NCBI GenBank assembly: GCA_964543295.1
Contig: CAZIXA010000009.1
Location: forward strand, 6,025 to 70,024
DNA from: an uncultured Clostridia bacterium
Lineage (GTDB): Bacteria > Aerophobota > Aerophobia > Aerophobales > AE-B3A
Length of the DNA stretch: 64,000 bases
Direction: 5' to 3'
How positions within the stretch are numbered: the stretch's first letter is position 1; every line of letters starts with the position of its first letter. The notes beneath the pieces were generated by a model. It was not told the DNA's origin, searched no databases, and saw only the letters and a program-made list of their open reading frames with translations. The translations under genes and the position numbers were made by a program. Positions 1 to 10,367 of this stretch are shown here, piece after piece.

Positions 1-1
1 T

Positions 2-379
2 GTGGGTTATGCAGTCCTGCACAGTATAGAACTGGTTAGGCAAAGCGGGGTAAGGATAGATAGTCCTCTTTTTTTAGGAGAAGGGGGAGCGCAGTCCTCT
101 TTATGGAGACAAATTATCTCAGATATTCTTAACGCAGAATGTGCCTATATTAAAGAATCCAGGGGAGCTCCGGTGGGAGATGCTATCAACGCTGGAGTGG
201 GTGTGGGTGTGTTCAAGGACTATCACATAATCAAAGATTGGTTAAAAGTTACTGATGAGATAAAACCTAATCCAGAGCGTCATAAGTTTTATAATAAAAT
301 TTACCAGATTTACCGAAAGCTTTATCCCGCTTTGAAGAAGCACTATAAGGAGCTTGCCAAGGTAACCGGATACACCTAA
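2..379 (+). CDS. FGGY-family carbohydrate kinase (xylulokinase-like), 3' part only
   Basis: GGGAQSSLWRQIISDI and GDAINAGVGVG C-terminal FGGY motifs; runs off the window start. Confidence 0.85.
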   Translation: MGYAVLHSIELVRQSGVRIDSPLFLGEGGAQSSLWRQIISDILNAECAYIKESRGAPVGDAINAGVGVGVFKDYHIIKDWLKVTDEIKPNPERHKFYNKIYQIYRKLYPALKKHYKELAKVTGYT

Positions 380-427
380 ACGCCTGACCCCAATTTTTAC
401 CGCTCAAAATCCCTGGAAGCACCCAAA

Positions 428-1333
428 TTAATAATGCTCATCCTTGGCGAGAGTTCTAAACACACCGAAGTATCTGTCTAATTCTTTCATGTGGGGAGCG
501 AGATTTCCTGGTTTAAACGTTCCGGTCTCGGTTATTATTCCGGTTACTAGCTCGGGTGGGGTGAGATCAAAGCCTTCTTCTAATTTTACCTGCGAGCTAC
601 TAACTCGAGGATTGAATTTGAGCGTCTCACAAACTACGTAAAATGGTAGTTTACCTTTAGCTGCCAGGGCAAGCTCATGGGTGGGTAGGCCATTGATGAG
701 GCTGCCGTCCCGGAGCACAGAGTCGGCACCCACCAAGACTTTCCTTACCTCAGTTATACAATCCTTTATGGCAACATCAGGAATGAGGCGAGCAAAAATT
801 CTCTGCTGGCAAAGCTCCTCAGCCATAATTTTTCCATAAGATTTATCTCTGTACTTGGATTCTAAAATCCAAACCCGAACTTTTTTTTCACATTCACTCA
901 CTGTCCTGAAGACTTCTTTAATGGTTGAGCTGAAGCTACAAGTCATTATCTTATCATTATCTTCGATTATTTCAGCTCCCTGAGCGGCAGCTTTTTCAAG
1001 GCAAAGCTTAGAGAATCTTTCAAGCTCTTCTGCTTTAGACCAGGCAAAATCCCTCAAAAAATGGAGTTCTTTTTCCTTAGACACCTGGAATACCTCATAG
1101 ATAAGGTGTGCTACCAGGTTGGCTATGGGAGCCATACCAGGACGCACCTTTATTAGCCTATCTCCAGCATTTTTTAGCCCTTCAAGAAAATCGTCCTTTG
1201 TGCCCGAGCCTTTTTCTATTACCAATTTCAACACTTCCAGAGCTTGTCTAGAAAGCTGACTCGCTCCGTGTAGGCGATCAGCCCTAATCTCCTCAATTTG
1301 CCTGGCAACTCCATCCATAACATCAATTTTCAT
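428..1333 (-). CDS. eIF-2B/IF-2B family sugar-phosphate isomerase-like protein
   Basis: HGAS, RPGMA, TCSFSSTI, VGADSV..DGSLIN, TPPELVTGIITE motifs. Confidence 0.8.
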   Translation of the reverse strand: MKIDVMDGVARQIEEIRADRLHGASQLSRQALEVLKLVIEKGSGTKDDFLEGLKNAGDRLIKVRPGMAPIANLVAHLIYEVFQVSKEKELHFLRDFAWSKAEELERFSKLCLEKAAAQGAEIIEDNDKIMTCSFSSTIKEVFRTVSECEKKVRVWILESKYRDKSYGKIMAEELCQQRIFARLIPDVAIKDCITEVRKVLVGADSVLRDGSLINGLPTHELALAAKGKLPFYVVCETLKFNPRVSSSQVKLEEGFDLTPPELVTGIITETGTFKPGNLAPHMKELDRYFGVFRTLAKDEHY

Positions 1334-1739
1334 TCTCCACCCTTTCCCAGGTCTCTTTTAATTTTGGCACGGTAGAATATTTATCAATGTCTTGGGGAAG
1401 TATCCATTTTGCTTCCTTGTGTTCCCAATCGATTCTGACCTTGGTAGGGTCTTTAACTCGAAAAAGGTAAGGATGAACGATCCATTTTCTTCCCAGATCC
1501 TCGTCCACAACTTCCAATACGTCTCCTTCTTTAATTAGCTCAAGATCGTCGTGGGAAAGGCTTGTTTCTTCGCGTATCTCTTCCAGTGACTGCTCAAAGG
1601 GGGTGTTTCCTTCTTCTATGTATCCACTTACCCCGGCCCATTTTCCCTGGTAGGTACCAACCGCTTGGCTTCTTCTCAGGGTTAAGATTTTATTATCGTA
1701 TTCAAGAAAAGAGGTAACCACATGTTTTTCTTCCATCAT
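1323..1739 (-). CDS. Nudix hydrolase
   Basis: Nudix box GYIEEGNTPFEQSLEEIREETSL. Confidence 0.85.
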   Translation of the reverse strand: MMEEKHVVTSFLEYDNKILTLRRSQAVGTYQGKWAGVSGYIEEGNTPFEQSLEEIREETSLSHDDLELIKEGDVLEVVDEDLGRKWIVHPYLFRVKDPTKVRIDWEHKEAKWILPQDIDKYSTVPKLKETWERVENEN

Positions 1740-1748
1740 TGATATCCT

Positions 1749-2228
1749 TCAAGGATAGTAATTCAACAGATGGTGTTTTAATATTGACAGGGCCTCATCC
1801 ACAGCACTTTGCTTATTCTGGAGTCTCGTTCCCTGAAACTGATATTTCTTAGAAAAAGTCCCCCATGCGGATGAGAGCCCAAGGTAAAATAATCCCACTG
1901 GTTTTCCCGGTGTAGCTCCGGTGGGACCGGCTATACCGGTGGTTGATAGAGCTATATCGACGCCTCTTTTTCTTCTTATTCCAGAGGCCATCGCTTCGGC
2001 AACCTGAGAACTTACCGCTCCGTGCTTCTTTAAAGTTTCCTCTTTAACGCCTAGTTCCTCTTTTTTCATACGGTTGCTGTAGGTAACCATACCTCCTTCA
2101 CAATATTCGGAACTCCCGGAAACATTGGTTATTAGGTGAGTCAACAGGCCTCCGGTGGCTGATTCCGCAATGGCCAGGGTGAGTTTATGTTTCTTTAACA
2201 ACCTCCCAATTTCTTCTTCCAAAGACAT
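1749..2228 (-). CDS. pncC: CinA C-terminal domain / nicotinamide mononucleotide deamidase
   Basis: AESATGG, GAVS, STTGIAGPTG..KPVG motifs. Confidence 0.85.
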   Translation of the reverse strand: MSLEEEIGRLLKKHKLTLAIAESATGGLLTHLITNVSGSSEYCEGGMVTYSNRMKKEELGVKEETLKKHGAVSSQVAEAMASGIRRKRGVDIALSTTGIAGPTGATPGKPVGLFYLGLSSAWGTFSKKYQFQGTRLQNKQSAVDEALSILKHHLLNYYP

Positions 2229-2258
2229 TGTTTGACCTGTCCCTAGAGAATACCACTG

Positions 2259-2477
2259 CTATTTTATAATCTCTTCTAACTTCTTTCCCACTTCTGCAAG
2301 CCGCTGAATGTAAGGCTTTAATTCTGATCCATAAAATTCCTTGATGGACTTTGAACTCTTTATCTTCTCTATAATGGGATGATGTCTTTTGAAGAATCTA
2401 TCAAACCCTTTTTCTAAGCCCTCTACGTAGGACTTAAGATCCCCAATCATTCTCCGAAAATCTTTTTCGTCATCCAC
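2259..2477 (-). CDS. small hypothetical protein
   Basis: 72-aa ORF with AAGGAGG upstream, co-oriented with the downstream operon. Confidence 0.5.
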   Translation of the reverse strand: MDDEKDFRRMIGDLKSYVEGLEKGFDRFFKRHHPIIEKIKSSKSIKEFYGSELKPYIQRLAEVGKKLEEIIK

Positions 2478-2761
2478 GCAGGTACCCTCCTTATTTATAT
2501 TTTAACATATTGTGGTCATAACACAAGCCCACCTTCACCCTCTAAGAAAGCCTGGGTCAATTCCTGACCCTTCTGACTGACTTCTTCTAATAGTTCTCGT
2601 CTTATTCCTATCACATATTTTTTCACAGAGTTCCCCTTTTGTCATCTCGAAAAGGAAAGTTATCTCTGGCCTTAGGTTTCCTGGAAGAAAAACCACAAAA
2701 TTCGTTTTGATTAGGAAGGTACTATATTATCGGAGAGCAATTTGCCACTTAAAATTGATTC

Positions 2762-3940
2762 TTATTGGCCAGAGTCTGTGAACCTCTCCTCAAAGAAAGC
2801 TACCAGATCATGAGGATGGGGAGGGCAGCCTGGGACATACTCACCTTTTTCTCGAAATTTCTTGGTGCAAAGCCCGATATTGACCAGCTTTCCCTCATAT
2901 TTATCCGGAATCTTGACATTCTGACCAAAGATCAGAGTATAGCCCTTAAGAAGACCCAGTCTACCTTTGCTTTCCATGTAATAGGCAATAAAAGCTTCCA
3001 TTGTGTTTCTACAACCACTACAGGCACCTTTTTCATAAATTTCAATTCCTTTTTCTCTGTAGGACGCAAAATCTAATTTTAGCCGTTTAAAGGGTCTTTT
3101 TACCTCCTCAATGCGAAGGCCCACCACCTCGATTCGGGAAAGATCAGTACATCCCAGTCCTTGCTCAGAAGCCAGCTTTACGTATTCTATCTCTAAGGGA
3201 TCGATCCCCATCACGGCTGCTGCTACCGAGTCAGCAGCCACAGTATCGAAAGAAGAGATAATTACTCCGAGATTTGCGGGAGTTCCATGAGATGGCCCCA
3301 TTCCTTCCATACCCACTGTACCATCTAAGACAGTGATCTGAGGTAAAACCAGTTTATTCAAGTCCACAATGGACTGAGCCAGTCCCCATTTGTGAAATCT
3401 CTTTTTATCTTTTTCCTGAAGTACCCCTTTCATATTTTTCAGCCCTAAGGTTGCCGGAAAGACATCATGGGTTTTCATTACCGGAGCATTAATAACTACA
3501 TCAGCTTCCATAAAAGCTTCGGGAATCTTTAATCTCCTAAAGATCTTACCATTGGGTATTCCCATGTAGATTGTTTTGGTTTTTTTTAAGTCGATCAGAT
3601 CTACCCCTATTTTTGCAGAAAGCTCTTCCAATCCGGTGACGGTAAAAACCTCCTCCGTTCTAGACCCTACAGCAGACCCATCAGCTATGCTTACTTTCCG
3701 TGCTCCTGCCTCTTTTGCCAGCTCACACAGAGCCCTAATCACATGGGGACTTGTTGTTGCTCCCGTGGTATAGTGATAGGGAGCGATAAGGTTCGGCTTC
3801 ACCATGACCCTGTCACCTGGTGAAACTAAGCTATCCAGGCCACCAATCAGATCAAGAGACTCCTTAACTGCCTTTCTCACACTCAGGTGATCATGAATCT
3901 TCCGGCACTTAGCTATGGAAACCTGTGGTCTATTCATCAC
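2762..3940 (-). CDS. DUF362 Fe-S domain protein
   Basis: VKPNL, PVMKTH, TLGLKNMKG, GMEGMGPSHG; C-terminal ACSGC and GCPP. Confidence 0.85.
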   Translation of the reverse strand: MMNRPQVSIAKCRKIHDHLSVRKAVKESLDLIGGLDSLVSPGDRVMVKPNLIAPYHYTTGATTSPHVIRALCELAKEAGARKVSIADGSAVGSRTEEVFTVTGLEELSAKIGVDLIDLKKTKTIYMGIPNGKIFRRLKIPEAFMEADVVINAPVMKTHDVFPATLGLKNMKGVLQEKDKKRFHKWGLAQSIVDLNKLVLPQITVLDGTVGMEGMGPSHGTPANLGVIISSFDTVAADSVAAAVMGIDPLEIEYVKLASEQGLGCTDLSRIEVVGLRIEEVKRPFKRLKLDFASYREKGIEIYEKGACSGCRNTMEAFIAYYMESKGRLGLLKGYTLIFGQNVKIPDKYEGKLVNIGLCTKKFREKGEYVPGCPPHPHDLVAFFEERFTDSGQ

Positions 3941-4077
3941 CTCATCCTCCTTGCCAAATAGCTAATTATCCCACTTGATTATTATACGAAAAGATTGGAA
4001 GTTTGTAAAAACAGGTAGACCCAACCTTGCCCTAGCTAGATTTTCCCGTATAATCAAGCAAAGTCCCGAGATATTTC

Positions 4078-4106
4078 TTGACTTTTTATGGTCCACTCAC
4101 TATAAT
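4078..4106 (+). promoter_or_regulatory. sigma70 promoter for glyQS
   Basis: TTGACT-N17-TATAAT. Confidence 0.7.
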
Positions 4107-4192
4107 TGAACAGATTTAGCGCCAGAGACAACAATTAAGAGAAAGCTCCAAACGAGAGCTTAAGAGAAAATAGAACTACCTTATGGTTCAGA

Positions 4193-5062
4193 ATGAACTT
4201 TCAGGATATTATATCCACCTTAGAGAATTTCTGGAAAAATCAGGGTTGTTTGATTTTTCAACCTTATGATGTGGAAAAGGGCGCAGGGACATTCAACCCG
4301 GCTACCTTCCTAAGGGTCCTGGGGCCCGAGCCCTGGAGAGTTGCCTATGTTGAGCCATCCCGACGTCCGGCTGATGGACGTTATGGGCAAAACCCTAATC
4401 GGATGCGACTTCACTATCAATACCAGGTGATTCTCAAGCCCTCCCCTGACGATATCCAGCCTACCTACCTGAAAAGTCTCAAAAAATTGGGCATCCAGCC
4501 TCTTCATCATGATATTAAATTTATTGAGGACGATTGGGAATCTCCCACTCTGGGAGCATGGGGCTTGGGATGGGAAGTGAGACTGGATGGTATGGAAATT
4601 ACCCAATTTACCTATTTTCAGCAGGTAGGAGGATTTGATCTAAAACCGATCTCAGTTGAGCTAACCTATGGTCTGGAGCGAATAGGAATGTGCCTTCAGA
4701 GGGTGGAAAATGTCTTCGATCTCCAGTGGAATTCTCATATTAAGTATAAAGATCTTCAATATGAAAGTGAGGTAGAATTCTCTCGCTATAATTTTGAGGA
4801 GGTGGAAGCCTCCACTCAATTTAAACTATTCGGGATCTATGAGGCTGAAGCAAAAAGGCTTCTGGAAAAGGGACTTTTCCTGCCAGCCTATGACTACGTC
4901 CTCAAGGGTTCTCATACCTTTAATTTACTGGATGCTAGAGGCACCCTGGGAGTTAATGAAAGGGAAAGATACATTAAAAGAGTACGTCGCCTAGCTAATA
5001 GATGTGCCAGTCTTTATCTTAAGAAATCGGGTTCGTTAATTTCTGGTGGCTTAGGGACTTAG
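4193..5062 (+). CDS. glyQ: glycine--tRNA ligase alpha subunit
   Basis: [39 protein letters not shown]. Confidence 0.98.
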   Translation: MNFQDIISTLENFWKNQGCLIFQPYDVEKGAGTFNPATFLRVLGPEPWRVAYVEPSRRPADGRYGQNPNRMRLHYQYQVILKPSPDDIQPTYLKSLKKLGIQPLHHDIKFIEDDWESPTLGAWGLGWEVRLDGMEITQFTYFQQVGGFDLKPISVELTYGLERIGMCLQRVENVFDLQWNSHIKYKDLQYESEVEFSRYNFEEVEASTQFKLFGIYEAEAKRLLEKGLFLPAYDYVLKGSHTFNLLDARGTLGVNERERYIKRVRRLANRCASLYLKKSGSLISGGLGT

Positions 5063-5104
5063 TAGAAAAAGAATCTTCAGGGAATTTTTTAAAGAGGAGA
5101 TTAG

Positions 5105-7198
5105 GTGGCTGAGACAGCATTGTTAGAGATAGGGGTGGAGGATCTACCGCCCTCTTTCGTTTGTGAGGCTCTTGGGCAGCTCAAGGAAAAAGGGGAGGAG
5201 CTTTTTGCCTCAGCTTATTTGGATTATGGAAGAGTCGATACTTTCGGTAGTTCTCAACGGCTAGTCTTTCAGGTAGTGGGTCTATCCCCTCACCAGAGAG
5301 AGCGCTTTGACAAGGAAATGGGTCCTCCTCAAATCATGGTTTTTGATGAGGCGGGAAGGCTTACCCCAAAAGGCAGAGCTTACCTAAAAGCTAAAGGAGT
5401 GAAAAAAGAAGATCTAGGGATAGAAAAACTAGAAAAGGGAAGTTATGTTTACATAAAAAGAAAGAAAATTAGTCAACCCACAGAGAAGCTTCTTCCCTCC
5501 CTTTTCCTTGAGCTCATCAAATCTATACATTTTCCTAAATCTATGAGATGGGGAAGAGAAGATTTTTCATTTGGACGCCCTATCAGATCTATTTTAGCTT
5601 TGTTTGGGGAAAAGCTAATAAGATTCAAGATAGCCGGAATTTCCTCGCATAGAAAGACGAGGGGACATCGTTTCCTCTCTCCTTCTTATTTCTCGGTGCC
5701 GACCACTCAGGAATACTTTCCTCTTTTGAAAAAAAATTACGTCATCGTGGACCCGGAGGAACGCAAAAAGCTAATCCTTAGACAGATAGGAAAAATAACC
5801 TCTTCCTTAAGAAAAAACAATCCTCAGGCAAAAATTTATGAGGATGAGGATCTTTTGGAGGAGCTAGTCTATCTGGTTGAGTATCCTACTTTATTTATAG
5901 GAGAGTTTGATCAAAGATTTCTCTCTCTTCCCCAGCCCGTCCTGAAAGCTTGCTTGAGAGATTATCAGAAGTATTTCTCAGTGGGAGATGAAAAGGGAAG
6001 CCTTGCCTATTTTGTGGGAGTAAGGGAAGGTAACAAAGATCACTTAGAAGAGGTGGTGGAGGGTAATCGAAGAGTGCTTAACGCACGTTTAACCGATGCC
6101 ATCTATTTCTTGGAGGAGGATAAAAAAACTCCTTTAGAAAAAAGAGTGTCAGAGCTTAAAGAGATGATTGCCCAGGAAAAACTGGGTAGTTATTATGATA
6201 AAACGCTAAGGCTGAAAAAGCTTGCTGGTAGGATCGCCTCTCCCCTGGGGCGCAGCGAGAAAATTAGGGAAAAGGTAAAAGAAGCAGCCCATCTTTGTAA
6301 GGCGGATTTAATTACCCAGATGGTCAAGGAATTTCCCTCTCTGCACGGAATAATGGGACAGGAATACGCCCTTCAATCTGGAAAAGATCAGGAGGTGGCC
6401 CAGGCTATTCTGGAACACAGAATGCCCCGCTTTAGTGGAGATGGACTTCCTCGCACAGAGGCAGGAGCAATCCTTGCTTTGACAGACAAGGTTGACACTC
6501 TGGTGGGTTCCTTCTGGGCCGGATTTGTTCCCTCCGGAGCGGGAGACCCCTGGGGTTTGCGAAGAGAGGCACAGGGACTTGTTGAGATAATTTTAGATAA
6601 GGAATGGGGAATCAGTTTAGATTGCCTGATTAGAGAGTCTTTAAAGCTTTACGGAGAAAAAACCCCCGGAATTGATCTTAAAGTCAAAGAATTCCTCCGG
6701 GCAAGAATTGTCGGGATTCTTAAAGAGAGACAAATTAAAACAGAGCAGGTTAAAGCCGTCTTAAAGGCCGGTTTCGACGATGTTGTTGATGTAGTTAAAA
6801 GAGGGGATGCTCTTCGCAGTGCTGCCACCAGACCAGAATTCAAAGAAGAGGTAATAGCCATCGTGAGGCTGGTCAATATCTTAAAGCAAGCCGAAGAATG
6901 GGGGCTGAGGATTCCTGACCATGTAAAGAAAGAGCTTCTGGAAGAAAAAGAGGAAAGGAATCTTTATGGCGATTGGAAAAAGATTGAACCCCAGCTTGAA
7001 AAATTGTTACGCGAACAAGATTATCTCCAAGTCTACCAAACTCTTTCTACTTTGACGCATTCGATTCATGACTTCTTCGAGGGAGTTTTAGTGATGAGCG
7101 AAGACAAAAACTTAAGATTAAATCGTCTTTCTCTTTTGAACAAAATAGGAAAAACTTTTCTCTCTATAGCTGACTTTACCGAACTCCAGGTAAAATGA
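5105..7198 (+). CDS. glyS: glycine--tRNA ligase beta subunit
   Basis: LLEIGVEDLP, FPKSMRWG, KADL..MVKEFPSLHG.MG, DPWGLRR, NRLSLL; follows glyQ. Confidence 0.96.
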   Translation: MAETALLEIGVEDLPPSFVCEALGQLKEKGEELFASAYLDYGRVDTFGSSQRLVFQVVGLSPHQRERFDKEMGPPQIMVFDEAGRLTPKGRAYLKAKGVKKEDLGIEKLEKGSYVYIKRKKISQPTEKLLPSLFLELIKSIHFPKSMRWGREDFSFGRPIRSILALFGEKLIRFKIAGISSHRKTRGHRFLSPSYFSVPTTQEYFPLLKKNYVIVDPEERKKLILRQIGKITSSLRKNNPQAKIYEDEDLLEELVYLVEYPTLFIGEFDQRFLSLPQPVLKACLRDYQKYFSVGDEKGSLAYFVGVREGNKDHLEEVVEGNRRVLNARLTDAIYFLEEDKKTPLEKRVSELKEMIAQEKLGSYYDKTLRLKKLAGRIASPLGRSEKIREKVKEAAHLCKADLITQMVKEFPSLHGIMGQEYALQSGKDQEVAQAILEHRMPRFSGDGLPRTEAGAILALTDKVDTLVGSFWAGFVPSGAGDPWGLRREAQGLVEIILDKEWGISLDCLIRESLKLYGEKTPGIDLKVKEFLRARIVGILKERQIKTEQVKAVLKAGFDDVVDVVKRGDALRSAATRPEFKEEVIAIVRLVNILKQAEEWGLRIPDHVKKELLEEKEERNLYGDWKKIEPQLEKLLREQDYLQVYQTLSTLTHSIHDFFEGVLVMSEDKNLRLNRLSLLNKIGKTFLSIADFTELQVK

Positions 7199-7220
7199 TA
7201 GTAATGAAGGAGCGGTAGAA

Positions 7221-8024
7221 ATGGCTCTGGTAGGGATAGAAATTTATCCTATAGGTGGAACAGTACACGTAATCTGCAAAAAGGCGAATCTGGAGACCAG
7301 AGATTGGTGTCTTTACCCGCTGAGAGATGGAATGGGGCTAGGGAGAATAAAATTTATCTGTTTAAGCAGCGAAAAAACTACCTTTCTGGGCGGAGAAAAA
7401 ATTAGAAAAGCAACCCCGGAGGATAGAGCAGAATTTGAACGTCGGTACGAGATTGAGAAAAAATCGTACCAAATAGCTTTAGAGAAAATCTCTTCTCGTA
7501 AGCTCCCTATGAAACTAATAGCCACCAAGTACCCTTTAGAGAGCAGCCGAATTACCTTTTACTATACAGCCAAAGAGCGAGTAGATTTCCGGGCATTGGT
7601 CAAGGATTTGGCGGCTGTTTTTAAAGTAAGGATACAGATGCAGCAGGTTGGGGTAAGAGATGAGCCCCAGGTCTTGGGAGGTTGCGGGATTTGTGGTAGG
7701 CCTGTTTGTTGTGCCTTATTCTTAGGTAAACGTAAAGAAAAGCTCGATTCGGTAAGCCTGGAGGTTGCACGCATACAGAACCTTCCTTTGACCTCCTCCA
7801 AAATATCGGGAATATGTGGAAGGCTTCGCTGCTGTCTAAATTTCGAATATCCTACCTACTCTATTTTAAAGAAAGAACTGCCCCGGGTAGGAGAAATTGT
7901 CCGATGGCAAGGGGAAAAGGTGAAGGTAATAGCCCAGGATATACTAAAAGAAACCGTGATAGTGGAGACTAAGGAAGGAATAAGAAAACTATTAACCAAC
8001 CAGGAGCTAAAAAACATAAGTTGA
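7221..8024 (+). CDS. ricT: PSP1/RicT (YaaT) family Fe-S regulatory protein
   Basis: RVDFRALVKDL, GGCGICGRPVCC, SGICGRLRCCLNFE. Confidence 0.9.
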   Translation: MALVGIEIYPIGGTVHVICKKANLETRDWCLYPLRDGMGLGRIKFICLSSEKTTFLGGEKIRKATPEDRAEFERRYEIEKKSYQIALEKISSRKLPMKLIATKYPLESSRITFYYTAKERVDFRALVKDLAAVFKVRIQMQQVGVRDEPQVLGGCGICGRPVCCALFLGKRKEKLDSVSLEVARIQNLPLTSSKISGICGRLRCCLNFEYPTYSILKKELPRVGEIVRWQGEKVKVIAQDILKETVIVETKEGIRKLLTNQELKNIS

Positions 8025-8998
8025 AGGCTCTAAGTCTATTTTCAGGAGGGCTGGATAGTATCCTGGCCACAAAGCTTTTGCAGCTACAGGGAATTGAAAT
8101 GGAGGGGGTGTGCTTTGTCTCCCCCTTTTTTGATGGAAAAAAAGCCACCAGAGCGGCTGAAAATCTGAAGATACGGCTCTATACCGTAGATATGGGAGAA
8201 GATCTTCTTCCCCTTCTTCTTTCACCTCCTCGTGGCTTTGGAAAGGGAGCTAATCCCTGCGTTGACTGTCATATTCTCATGGTAAAGAAAGCAGCAAGCT
8301 TAATGCAAAAAATAGGAGCAAACTTTCTGGTGAGCGGAGAGGTCTTGGGAGAAAGACCAAAATCACAGAGCAGATGGGCTCTTAATGTAGTAGATGAAGA
8401 GTCAGGCTGGGGAGATTATCTTCTCCGTCCCCTTACCGCTAAAAACTTATCTCCAACTTTTCCGGAAAAAAAGGGATGGGTGAAGAGAGACCAACTTCTT
8501 GAAATCAAAGGGCGGAGTCGAGTGGTTCAATTAAGGCTCGCTGAATCTTTAGGAATTTTGAACTTTCCTACGCCGGCTGGAGGATGCTTGCTTACTGATC
8601 CAGTCTTCTCCAAACGAGTTAAGGATTTATTAGCCCAAGGAAAGCTTAATCTCAATGAGATCGAACTTCTTAAAATAGGGAGGCACTTTCGCCTGGAGAA
8701 AACCGCTAAGCTCATTGTAGCCAGAAACAAAGAGGAAAACAGAAAAATTCTCGAGCTGGCTACCCCGGGCGATTTTTTTCTTGAAGTAGTCGGCTTTCCG
8801 GGACCGGTGGGACTTCTAAGGGGGGAACCACACCTCATCCTCAAGGCTGCTTCTGTAACCAGTCGTTACAGCGATGCTCCGCCGACCAGGATAAAAGTAA
8901 AGTACTATCAATTCCCTCACACAGAGGAAAGATACATTGAAGTAAACCCTGCAGAAGATGAGGAATTGGAGGTACTGAGAATCGGAGGCAGGCCGTGA
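8021..8998 (+). CDS. PP-loop ThiI/MnmA-like putative tRNA thiolation protein
   Basis: SGGLDS PP-loop, NPCVDC, GEVLGERPKSQ, PAGGCLLTD, GRHFR. Confidence 0.75.
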   Translation: MKALSLFSGGLDSILATKLLQLQGIEMEGVCFVSPFFDGKKATRAAENLKIRLYTVDMGEDLLPLLLSPPRGFGKGANPCVDCHILMVKKAASLMQKIGANFLVSGEVLGERPKSQSRWALNVVDEESGWGDYLLRPLTAKNLSPTFPEKKGWVKRDQLLEIKGRSRVVQLRLAESLGILNFPTPAGGCLLTDPVFSKRVKDLLAQGKLNLNEIELLKIGRHFRLEKTAKLIVARNKEENRKILELATPGDFFLEVVGFPGPVGLLRGEPHLILKAASVTSRYSDAPPTRIKVKYYQFPHTEERYIEVNPAEDEELEVLRIGGRP

Positions 8999-9798
8999 GT
9001 CTTTATATCTTTGATTTAGATGGGGTGATCTACCGGGGAGAAAGACTTCTTCCCGGGGTAAAAGAGACCCTAACCAAACTCAGAAAGAGGGGAGATGAAG
9101 TCTCTTTTCTCACCAATAACTCCACCCTGAGTAGACCCGGTTTTCAAAAAAAACTTACCCAAATGGGGATTGAGGTAAATCTGGAAGAGCTTTTTCCATC
9201 TTCCTATCTAGCTGCTATTTATCTTGGCCATAAAATTAAAAGAAAAAACACTAGGGTGCTGGTTTTTGGAGAGAAAGGACTTTTCGAGGAACTGAGCCAG
9301 GCGGGAATAAAGCTTACTTCAACCTCAAAGGATGCCGATTATGTAGTAGTGGGAATGGACAGGAAATTTGACTTTGAGAAACTCAAGCTCGCCTATGAGG
9401 CTATCTTAAATGGGGCTAAATTTGTAGCTACCAACAAGGACGTAACTTACCCTACAGAAGAAGGGACTGTTCCTGCTGCTGGAGCGATAGTTAAAGCTCT
9501 TGAGGTTTCTACTCACAAGAGGGCTTTACTTTTGGGCAAACCTCATCTCTTCGGGCTGAAGACCGTAATGAAAAGTAAAGGGTATACCTCAGCGGATACC
9601 ATTTTGGTAGGCGACCAGCTGAAGACAGATATCCTGGCGGGCAAAAGACTAAAGATTGCTACTGTCCTGGTTCTATCAGGAATTACCTTAGAAAAGATGC
9701 TACAGAAGGCTCCCCCTTCTCTCAAACCCGATTATGTAATCCAGTCGCTCCTGGATCTACCTTCTTTGAAACAAAGGGGGTCAGGTCTCAACATTTGA
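8995..9798 (+). CDS. HAD-IIA (NagD-like) phosphatase
   Basis: DLDGV, LTNNS, ATNKD, GKP, VGDQLKTDI. Confidence 0.9.
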   Translation: MSLYIFDLDGVIYRGERLLPGVKETLTKLRKRGDEVSFLTNNSTLSRPGFQKKLTQMGIEVNLEELFPSSYLAAIYLGHKIKRKNTRVLVFGEKGLFEELSQAGIKLTSTSKDADYVVVGMDRKFDFEKLKLAYEAILNGAKFVATNKDVTYPTEEGTVPAAGAIVKALEVSTHKRALLLGKPHLFGLKTVMKSKGYTSADTILVGDQLKTDILAGKRLKIATVLVLSGITLEKMLQKAPPSLKPDYVIQSLLDLPSLKQRGSGLNI

Positions 9799-9973
9799 CA
9801 TTCAACAATCTATTTTCCATAATCTTAAGATTTTTATTTTATCTCTTTATTTCCCAAGATCTCAATCACTTTAACTGACCATGATTACGCTTATTCTGCG
9901 GGTGGACTTTCTGGCAATTTCTCATATCAATCAAAAATCTTTTGTTGAATGTCAAATGTTGAGACCTGACCCC
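9777..9973. repeat. MITE/REP-like element with 32-bp perfect terminal inverted repeats
   Basis: GGGGTCAGGTCTCAACATTTGACATTCAACAA at 9777-9808 and its reverse complement at 9942-9973. Confidence 0.75.
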
Positions 9974-9980
9974 CTTGTTT

Positions 9981-10265
9981 TTAATAGCGAACAGAAAAAC
10001 TGGTAAATTCCCCTTTATACTCCTCCCACTTGACCTCAACATCCTCTACCACAGCAGACGGCGGTCCTTTGTAGCACCAGCCAATCATCTTTTGCACTTT
10101 CTGATCTTCTCCCTCAAAAACAGCCTCCACATTTCCATCCCATCTATTTCTAACCCAGCCAGTTATCCCCAGGCTATAGGCCTGGCTACGAGTCTCAGCC
10201 CGGAAAAATACCCCCTGCACCCTACCCTTAATCAAGACATGGGCCCTTACCTTCTTCACTCCCAT
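9981..10265 (-). CDS. acyP: acylphosphatase
   Basis: GRVQGVFFR, GWVRN..DG.VE, GPPSA.V. Confidence 0.95.
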   Translation of the reverse strand: MGVKKVRAHVLIKGRVQGVFFRAETRSQAYSLGITGWVRNRWDGNVEAVFEGEDQKVQKMIGWCYKGPPSAVVEDVEVKWEEYKGEFTSFSVRY

Positions 10266-10332
10266 TTCCTTTTCTTATTTCGTACCTATTCACCGCAGAG
10301 ATGTCAAAAAGAAGAAAAGGGATCAAAACCTT

Positions 10333-10364
10333 TTGTTGAATGTCAAATGTTGAGACCTGACCCC
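10333..10364. repeat. third copy of the 32-bp GGGGTCAGGTCT repeat
   Basis: Identical to 9942-9973. Confidence 0.8.
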
Positions 10365-10367
10365 AAT

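Noticed and set aside
4107-4192. T-box leader before glyQS
   Set aside because: The leader is too short and lacks the T-box consensus and terminator
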